Assembly (NCBI RefSeq): GCF_006345805.1
Contig: NC_042998.1
Span: forward strand, 119,350,001 to 119,414,000
Source: Octopus sinensis
Taxonomy: Eukaryota
Direction of reading: 5' to 3'
DNA: 64,000 nt
Each line of letters starts with the position of its first letter. The first letter of the stretch is position 1. Shown here piece by piece: positions 55,501-64,000 of the stretch. A program made the translations under genes and the position numbers. The notes under the pieces were generated by a model that was not told the origin of the DNA, did no database searches, and worked only from the letters and a program-made list of their open reading frames with translations.

Positions 55501-56333
55501 TTTCTACATAGATACACAGTTTCTGAGTTTTCACTATAATTTATCCCTATTCATGTCTATATGTATTTGTGGTTATTAACGACGTATATATTACATAGCA
55601 CCTGTGTTGAAGATGAAAGTTTTGATTTATTCATTGAACTCGGGGTTTCGAATTGTGCTGCTGATTTAAACAATATCTGATAGTCTTCCTCCCTACCTCT
55701 CCTTCTAAGCCCAATCACCAAAATTATAACATTTTTACTAATTTCCCCTATTGTGTATACGTTTTTTCTTTTCCCCTCTATCACCTATCCTTTACATGTA
55801 TTTGGCTCGCTGACGTCATAAGAACGTGAAATAAGTCTTTCTTTAGCACAGTGGGTCTTGGGTTTGTCAGCCTAATATTTACATGCCATAATTTGTAGTC
55901 TTATTTGCTTCGAGGTCCTGCTTCGAAAAGTAAATGAATTCGTCTGTCTGTCTAATTTGGAGATTTTGAAAAAGTTCTTCTTTTATTTCTTCTTATTTTC
56001 AATTGCTTCTCTCTTCCTCTTCCCTTCTCTCTTTCTCTCTCTCCTTCTTTCGCTCTCTTTCTTTCTCCCTCTCTGTCTATCTATCTCACTTGCACTAAAA
56101 TTAGTAACACATTAAATGCAGCCAGTTTTGTTTGCTATACTTGCTCCAAAATTAAAGATAGAACGTACAATTTGTTTCTTAATGCAATCATGATTGCTGG
56201 TCAAGAAATATACTTCAAAACAACGTGGATCAGTGTCCTATCACACTGTAAAACAAAATAGATAAATAAATTCTACTATATCCAGCTTTGTAAGAGAAAT
56301 TTGCAAGGCAGAAAACGTATGGAATCACTTCGC

Positions 56334-56377
<44 letters not shown>

Positions 56378-56521
56378 AGACTCACAAGCACATATATACA
56401 TATATGTATGAATGTATAAATGTATATTAGTTTCGCCGCAACCTAATGTTAAATATACACAATCTTTACCCAATAATGAGTACTCGTTATTCTATCCGTT
56501 ACATACATATTTGTTCATATG

Positions 56522-56553
<32 letters not shown>

Positions 56554-56603
56554 TATATACATGCCCATATGTGTCTATGTGTATGTGCTTGTATGTATGC
56601 ATA

Positions 56604-56657
<54 letters not shown>

Positions 56658-56789
56658 CATGCCCATATGTGTCTATGTGTATGTGCTTGTATGTATGCAT
56701 ATATATATATATATAAATGAAAGTTTTTGTTCGTCATGATGCTGACATAAGTTCTTTGTCTTTCCTGGTGAGAAGGCGGCATAATGCAC

Positions 56790-56848
56790 CCTTTATTCCT
56801 TCGGAATTAAGAATATGTAGTCTTCGAAACATAAGTCGAGAATAAAGG
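56790..56848 (+). ncRNA. Highly degenerate hammerhead-like motif
   Basis: cctttattc/gaataaagg 9-bp stem, aaga..tctt stem II, cgaaac-ataa-gtc; catalytic 5' core strand eroded. Confidence 0.3.
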
Positions 56849-57030
56849 AATTTTGTTAAATCGTCGTTCGACTGCATTCTTTCATTTATTTATAGTAAAA
56901 AATCACACAAATTTCCACACGAAAGCACGTGATTTCTGCCCTTGGCATGTAGCTTCAACAGTGTTTTCTGACGTAAATTTGCTACCCGGGTAGGATAATT
57001 CACTCAACTACTTATATATATATTATATAT

Positions 57031-57074
<44 letters not shown>

Positions 57075-57310
57075 ATATATATAATAAAATATTAAAATTA
57101 CTAAGTCTCTCTAAAAGAGAACACGGCAGCGTTCCCGGAAAATAATAGTTATCGCCATACTAATATGGCATTCTTATAAAAATAAGAATAAAGCTGTCCG
57201 CTTATTAGTTCCATGAGGCCATCGCCTTAAGTTAGCTATTTGATACACAAACTGTATCCATATAACCTTCGAACAAGGGAGGTCAGTCGCTCCACACTAC
57301 TTGACCGACA

Positions 57311-57352
57311 GCTACAGACACGTTTCGGGGTATTGCCCCTTTTCAATGTAGC
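57311..57352 (-). ncRNA. Minimal type-I hammerhead (U3-A8 core), inverted unit
   Basis: gctaca-ttgaaaa-gggg caata cccc-gaaa-cgtg-tc-tgtagc. Confidence 0.8.
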
Positions 57353-57661
57353 GTAGTCAGACCAGTAGGTGTCGCTTCTGACAATCTCTGTTCGAAGGTT
57401 TTATTTACCTAGTTTCGGTGGAATACATCCACTTGTTTTCAATAATAGAAATATTAAAATTACTAAGTCTCTCTATAAGAATGCCATATTAGTATGGCGA
57501 TAACTATTATTTTCCGGGAACGCTGCCGTGTTCTCTTTTAGAGAGACTTAGTAATTTTAATATTTCTATTATTGAAAAACAAGGGATGTATTCCACCGAA
57601 ACTAGGTAAATAAAACCTTCGAACAGAGATTGTCAGAAGCGACACCTACTGGTCTGACTAC

Positions 57662-57703
57662 GCTACATTGAAAAGGGGCAATACCCCGAAACGCGTCTGT
57701 AGC
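57662..57703 (+). ncRNA. Minimal type-I hammerhead (U3-A8 core), predicted cleavage after C57697
   Basis: gctaca-ttgaaaa-gggg caata cccc-gaaa-cgcg-tc-tgtagc: 6-bp stem I, 4-bp stem II, palindromic ACGCGU stem III, GUC site. Confidence 0.85.
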
Positions 57704-58023
57704 TGTCGGTCAAGTAGTGTGGAGCGATGACCTCCCTTGTTCGAAGGTTATATGGATACAGTTTGTGTATCAAATAGCTAACTTAAGGCGATGGCCTCAT
57801 GGAGCTAATAAGCGGACAGCTTTATTCTTATTTTTATAAGAATGCCATATTAGTATGGCGATAACTATTATTTTCCGGGGAAACGCTGCCGTGTTTCTTT
57901 TAGAGAGACTTAGTAATTTTAATATTTCTATTATTGAAAACAAGTGGATGTATTCCACCGAAACTAGGTAAATAAAACCTTCGAACAGAGATTGTCAGAA
58001 GCGACACCTACTGGTCTGACTAC

Positions 58024-58066
58024 GCTACATTGAAAAGGGGCAATACCCGACGAAACGCGTCTGTAG
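58024..58066 (+). ncRNA. Hammerhead of the second direct unit, predicted cleavage after C58060
   Basis: Same motif but stem II reads ggg caata ccc-gac (indels: mutation or sequencing error). Confidence 0.7.
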
Positions 58067-58292
58067 CTGTCGGTCAAGTAGTGTGGAGCGACTGACCTCC
58101 CTTGTTCGAAGGTTATATGGATACAGTTTGTGTATCAAATAGCTAACTAAGGCGATGGCCTCATGGAGCTAATAAGCGGACAGCTTTATTCTATTTTTAT
58201 AAGAATGCCATTTAGTATGGCGATAACTATATATATCATATATATATATAATATATATATATTATATATATATATATTATATATATATATAT

Positions 58293-58534
58293 ATAGGAAT
58301 AAAAAATGGAGTCAACGCAGGTTTAAACAAGTATTTTTTCTTTCTACATATGTTTCAAAAATTCCACTGATACTTATTCAAAAGAATAAAAGGTATAAAC
58401 AATGTATAAACAAAGGTATAAACATTGTTTATACCTTTTATTCTTTTGAATAAGTATCAGTGGAATTTTTGAAACATATGTAGAAAGAAAAAATACTTGT
58501 TTAAACCTGCGTTGACTCCATTTTTTATTCCTAT
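58293..58534. repeat. Perfect palindrome: 113-bp identical arms, 16-bp spacer
   Basis: 58293-58405 is the exact reverse complement of 58422-58534 by manual comparison. Confidence 0.92.
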
Positions 58535-58676
58535 TATTAAAATATTCAACGTAAACACGAAGTTTCAACCTTTATAACAAGGAGTTACAACATCTTTACT
58601 TGTGAGATTTTGCTGCCCTGGTAACTATTCATTCATTTATCCGTGTTAATTGTTAACAAGGTAATAAAATACACTC

Positions 58677-58768
<92 letters not shown>

Positions 58769-58775
58769 ATATATT

Positions 58776-58807
<32 letters not shown>

Positions 58808-58840
58808 ATATATATTATATATATATATACTTTTTCATTC

Positions 58841-58985
58841 CTTTTTTTTGCCGACCCGCTAAGTTACGGGGGCGTAAACACATCAACATCGGTTGTCAAG
58901 CGATGGTGGGGGACAAACACAGATATACAAATACATACATACATACATACTACATACATACATATATATATATATATATTATATA

Positions 58986-59034
<49 letters not shown>

Positions 59035-59130
59035 TATATGCGATAGGCTTCTACAGTTTCCGTCTATCAAATCCACTCACAAGGCTTTGGTCACCTCGAG
59101 GCTATAGTAGAAAACATTTTCCAAGGTGCA
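58841..59130 (-). mobile_element. SINE family 1, internal fragment
   Basis: ccgctaagttacggg..aaatccactcacaaggctttgg. Confidence 0.8.
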
Positions 59131-59142
59131 TGATAAAACTAA

Positions 59143-59181
<39 letters not shown>

Positions 59182-59685
59182 TCTCTCTCTCTCTCTGCTT
59201 TTGTCTCTGTCTTACTCTATCTATCTATCTCTCCCTCTTTCACTCTCTCTCCCTCTCTCTCTCTCTCTATACTCTCTCTCTCTCTCTCTCTCTCTCATGT
59301 AAATTGCCTCAGCATCTCAAACAATTTATATAAGAGAATGAATACATACAATAGTAATAAAGATAGATGCAGACCGGCAGACAGACTGCATTGGAATGCC
59401 TTTTGTACTAGCAACTGTATCTACATAATTAGGTAATAATTGATTAGCTAACTATTATTTCTACATATATGGTAGACATTTGGCTATATTCTATTTATCT
59501 AGCTGATACGGTCAGTATTTGAATGCATTTTGTATTACTTATTAAGAACATAAAGAAAAAAAAACAAGTTAAAAACAAAAAAATCCACACTATATTTTTG
59601 TCAAGATTCACTAACATTGTCCAAAGATGAAACGTAAAAACTATCGCTTTCATTCATATATGTCTTACTGCAATTTTTCTATATT

Positions 59686-60077
59686 TCTATATATGTAAAG
59701 CTGAAGTTGTCTGTGTATGGCAGGTTTGGTAGCCTTCAACTAACACTATCTCCTCCGAGACCCTGCGGCGCAAGTTGACCAAAATTGAAAGTATGATAGA
59801 AGAAGGCTTGCTCTTCCTTCCGTAGAAGAAAAAATTCAAATCTGACGATGTTAACACCAACAGTTATTTACATCAAAAAGGTGCTTTTTTTTCTATGAAA
59901 TCCTTATTTTTTACGATCTTTTGACTGCTGTGTCGCCATTTTTCGGTGTATTTCAAACAGAAAAATGTTCACTTAAAGAGAATAACAAGCTACATAATGA
60001 AAAACTTTTACTTTTTTCAAAAATTCCAATTCTAAAGGGTCGAAACAAACCCGAGCAACGCCGGGCGATACTGCTAG
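59686..60077 (+). mobile_element. Non-autonomous Helitron-type element (~390 bp)
   Basis: 5' TCtatatatgtaaagctg; 3' GC hairpin cccgagcaacgccggg (60050-60065) 8 nt before CTAG|T. Confidence 0.7.
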
Positions 60078-61131
60078 TTTTATTATAAAGTCATAATTCA
60101 TTGGCGCATGACTAGAACTTTGTTGTCTCAAGTGCAAGTAACTATACAATCGATCGGTATTCTCAACCCTATTCTGTTGCCTGAAGCAGTAGATTAGGTA
60201 CCAGTACGAACAGAAGGACGAAAGACAAAACCGACCCGAGCATATTTTAACTACAAACGCAATAAGCTGAAACTTAATAATGCAAGACACTTTTCGCCGA
60301 CGCTGTAATATGACTGCTACGCTACATCCTATATAGGACGAGAGAACATATTTTATTTAACCTCAGCACTCGAATCCCAACTTTCATCCAGTCCAGAGAT
60401 GGATAAAATCTCAGGTGGTATTTGAAACTGTAACATAATGACACTTCACTAAATACTGAAATACATCTTTCCAGAAATTTTCGTTTTCTGCCTCTCCAAA
60501 TATTTCTGATTAATTAATTAATGACGTAATGATAATTAAGTGTTAAACGTTGTATGTTTCGTTCTTGGTTCATTATCAAAACGGAGAAGGAAAACGAAAT
60601 TTTACCAATTAGAAGTATGAGAGTTTCTTTCTAAATGTCAATGCGGAATAAGAAATCGGTTCATTAACTTACTTAGGAAATATCGTTCCACTAAAGGTTA
60701 TAAAGTATCAATGACATTTATAAGATATAGTCCATAGATCCTACATCACCACCTTTTCATGTGAATTTTACTGTGAGAATCTAGCCTCAATTATAACTGC
60801 AGTACTTCACTATCCTGCCTTCTTAAAAATAGTTATAATAAATGATGTAGCCCTGGGCACTATTCTTGTGGAAGACGGAAATAGTCCAGGTTTGAATTCT
60901 TTTGATCATAGACGTGCTCAGCCAGGACCGACCCGGAGTTAAGCAACAACATCACGAATATTTAAAGCATTTCTTTATTTGAGACGACTAAAGAAATCCT
61001 CCTCGAATTATACCTTAGTTCTCTTCAAAAAACAAACACATTAGATAATATATTCATGGGTATGTACGTGTGTGTGTGCAAATGTGTGTCTGTGTGCACA
61101 TAAGTACATACATATATATGTGTGTTATTAT

Positions 61132-61297
<166 letters not shown>

Positions 61298-61901
61298 GAA
61301 ACGGTCATGGCTAGAGTGTTTTAGATCCTATATGTGTGTGTGTATGCATGTATACATACATGCATAAGTGAAGTGTGAAGTTTATGGTATTACATTTATT
61401 CCATGGTTTACAGTTGCTTCAATAACTTGCACGCGACCAATCACTCATCATATCTATGGATACCGATAACAACGATTAAGTCATGCGTATTATGTTATAT
61501 AATGCCTTTCCCAATCGGTTCTGAAGAAATAACATCTGGTGATATCATGCAATATACGTTACATAATATGCATGACTAAAACATCATTATCATCCATGTA
61601 TATAAACATGACGTGTGATTGGTCAGCTGCAAGTCGTTGAAGCAACTATAAAGTATGAAATGAATGTAATATCATAAATGGCACTCTTCATGTATTATCG
61701 CTTATATTCTACGACGGAATTAACCTTATGAAATTTCTATTTCTTTGAAACTTGATTATTTTCTGCGAGAGGGATTCTCCCTTATGCAACTGCAGATAGC
61801 CGCCGAAAATGTGAGTGCTTCCTGCGCCTGGATCATCTAATCCGTCCTAACTTTTATATATATATATATATATATAATATATATATAATAATATATATAT
61901 A

Positions 61902-62184
61902 ATCACGTGATCACGTGACCGACCAGGCTATCAGATGTTGCAACACATCGCTGGTCACAATGCGCTTCGCATTGTTTTAGCCTTCGATGACGCCACCCCG
62001 CTGGCTAAGCGAGCAGGCCAACAGAAGAAAGATTGAGAAAGTTGTGGTGAAAGAATACAACAGGGATCACCACCACCCCCTGTCGGGGCCTCGTGGAGCT
62101 TTAGGTGTTTTTGCTCAATAAACACTCACAAAGCCCGGTCTGGGAATCGAAACTGCCTTAACCAATGGGCCATTGCGCCTCCAC
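61902..62184 (-). mobile_element. tRNA-derived SINE with the family 2 head and a different 3' body
   Basis: Head ggaggcgcaatggcccattggttaag..; shares gtgtttat..aacacctaa(a)gctccacg with 47904-48200. Confidence 0.75.
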
Positions 62185-62198
62185 ATATATATATATAT

Positions 62199-62685
62199 AA
62201 ATCGCAGTATGTGTATGTATAATGACTAACGCATACATTTCCACAATTCTCAACCGATTTTCTCCAAACTTTACACACACACATCACTTATGTCCCAAGG
62301 ATAGTCATGCACTATGACGTTTTGCCCAGAGCTCCCGCGTAAATGGACGTAAATGGACATGTTTTTTTTTTTGGTATGTAGGGACTTACTTATTTATCTT
62401 TTTATTAAAGTGAAAGAAGTTTGTCTATTTATTTATTTCCACTGTCCACCTATATAAATCACAGTATGTGTGTGTATGATGAGTAACGCATACGTTTCCA
62501 CAATTCTCAACCGATTTTCACCAAACTTTACGCACACATTACTTATATCCCAAGGATGGCCATTCACTATAACATTTTGCCCAGAGCTCCTGCGTAATTG
62601 GACGTAAATGGACATAGTTTGTTTTTTGTTTTTTTCGTATGTGGGGTCTTCCATACTTCTTTAATATTTTTATAAAAGTGAAAGG
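62199..62685 (+). repeat. Two diverged direct copies (period 257 bp) of a Helitron-like 5' segment
   Basis: aaatc(g/a)cagtatgtgt..ttccacaattctcaaccgatttt..cccagagctcc..gcgtaa at 62199 and 62456. Confidence 0.8.
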
Positions 62686-63242
62686 ATGAATATACAATAC
62701 CAAACTATTTTAATCTATATATTTAAACTGCATTAAACTTTGGCAAGCTTACTTTTTACCTATTCTGAATTTACTTGAAAGGTGATGTTCCCTTCTCTCT
62801 CTTGTATTTGTTGATGCCTTTGTTTACCTTTGATACCGTTCTTTCAGTTTAAGGATGCTAATTTACTCATTTATTAAGATATTTCACAGAGGGGAAGTTT
62901 CAAGGTTTTCTTTCAATTTCCTTATACCATTTATGCGGCTGTTTCTGACAAGAAATTTCTCTTTCATGTAAAACAACTATATTTCATAGTTATTATCCGT
63001 AATCTACTCCCAAAACACTTCAGTAGCTCTAGTTTGCATCGCTTGCAAACTTATACCTTCTATGATCATTAAAGTGCAACGACCTCCACAATAACCAGCC
63101 TTCAATTTTATTTTCCGTTCCAGGGTTAATCGGAAACATAGATTGCCATGCTACTCATAAACCTTCCAGGTAGTTCAATTATTTGGTGGAAAAAATACCA
63201 CCAAAGCAACTTAAACCGTCCAAAGGACGAGTGCGTTTGCTA

Positions 63243-63314
<72 letters not shown>

Positions 63315-63382
63315 TATATATATATGTATATCATATATATATCATCCATCTTTTACTGAAGCCATGTTGGGATACCTATTTC

Positions 63383-63560
63383 TTTACTACCCACAAGGGG
63401 CTAAACACAGAGAGGACAAACAAGGTCAGACAAACGGATTAAGTCGATTATATCGACCCCAGTGCGTAACTGGTACTTAATTTATCGACCCCGAAAGGAT
63501 GAAAGGCAAAGTCGACCACGGCGGAATTTGAACTCAGAACGTAACGGCAGACGAAATACG
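63383..63560 (-). mobile_element. SINE family 3 (Nin/Deu-type core domain, tentative)
   Basis: Minus strand gtcgactttgcctttcatcctttcggggtcgataaattaagtaccag resembles the conserved SINE central domain. Confidence 0.7.
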
Positions 63561-63599
63561 GCTACGTTCTGAGTTCAAAATGGCTACTTGACTGAAGCC

Positions 63600-63785
63600 G
63601 TGTTGGGATACGGCCACGAAGAATTTTAGTCGATCGAATCGACCTCAGTACTTCATTTTTAAGCCTGGTGCTTATTCTGTCTGTCTCTTTTTGCCTTACC
63701 GCTAAATTACTGGGACATTAATACACAAACACCGGTGGTGGGGAACAAACACATACACAAAGACATGCACACATACACACACACA

Positions 63786-63852
<67 letters not shown>

Positions 63853-63900
63853 GTATATAATGGTGGCTTGTTCGCAATTTTACAACCGAAGGCAGAAATA
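63600..63900 (-). mobile_element. SINE family 1, degenerate 3' part
   Basis: tttagtcgatcgaatcgacctcagtac..ccgctaaattactgggac..aacaaacacatacac. Confidence 0.65.
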
Positions 63901-64000
63901 TACACCTCGCTAAAGTGACTGAGGGCATTAGTCAGCATTAGTATTGCTAGAAATAAGAATTCCAAGGCACTGAGGAAACTTGCCTCTCTTGTCAGTTATT

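Larger units (their letters stand above)
57087..58230. mobile_element. Retrozyme-like array: one inverted unit (57087-57475) plus ~2.1 direct units (57474-58230) of ~362 bp
   Basis: Measured periods 362, 361 and 363 bp; near-identical units; one HHR per unit; flanked by (TA)n-rich tracts. Confidence 0.85.

Noticed and set aside
56540-56705. ~65-bp direct duplication between (TA)n tracts
   Set aside because: Explained by slippage or unequal exchange in microsatellite DNA, or by assembly; no further structure
57087-58230. CRISPR array or plain satellite interpretation of the tandem repeat
   Set aside because: No repeat-spacer alternation, eukaryotic context, and units are full-length near-identical 362-mers each carrying a ribozyme fold

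Overview
AT-rich, microsatellite-dense eukaryotic DNA. It resembles an octopus (cephalopod) genome; this is inferred from composition and SINE types and was not verified. No host protein-coding gene can be supported, only two weak exon candidates. The window is a mosaic of transposable elements: Penelope-like elements (PLE; RT plus GIY-YIG), a stop-free CR1/L2-group RT ORF and an older relative, R4/Dong-type RLE LINE fragments, a Gypsy integrase remnant, a Tc1 end, a hAT MITE, Helitron-type non-autonomous elements and three tRNA-derived SINE families. The main result is about 12 minimal type-I hammerhead ribozyme (HHR) motifs, read by eye. The best is a ~362-nt tandem and inverted array at 57087-58230. 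Each unit carries an HHR with a compensated U3-A8 core and a palindromic stem III at the tip of a ~136-nt hairpin, and the arrays end at permuted points, as expected for a retrozyme (circular-RNA retroelement). The same UUGAAAA core occurs in the 3' end of the RT/GIY-YIG PLE at 17.3-19.5 kb, a candidate helper element. Another HHR sits at the centre of a long inverted-repeat element at 28.1-28.6 kb. The long LINE and the commonest SINE share a 3' tail with a covarying stem-loop. All structures and alignments were derived manually; none was computed or database-checked.
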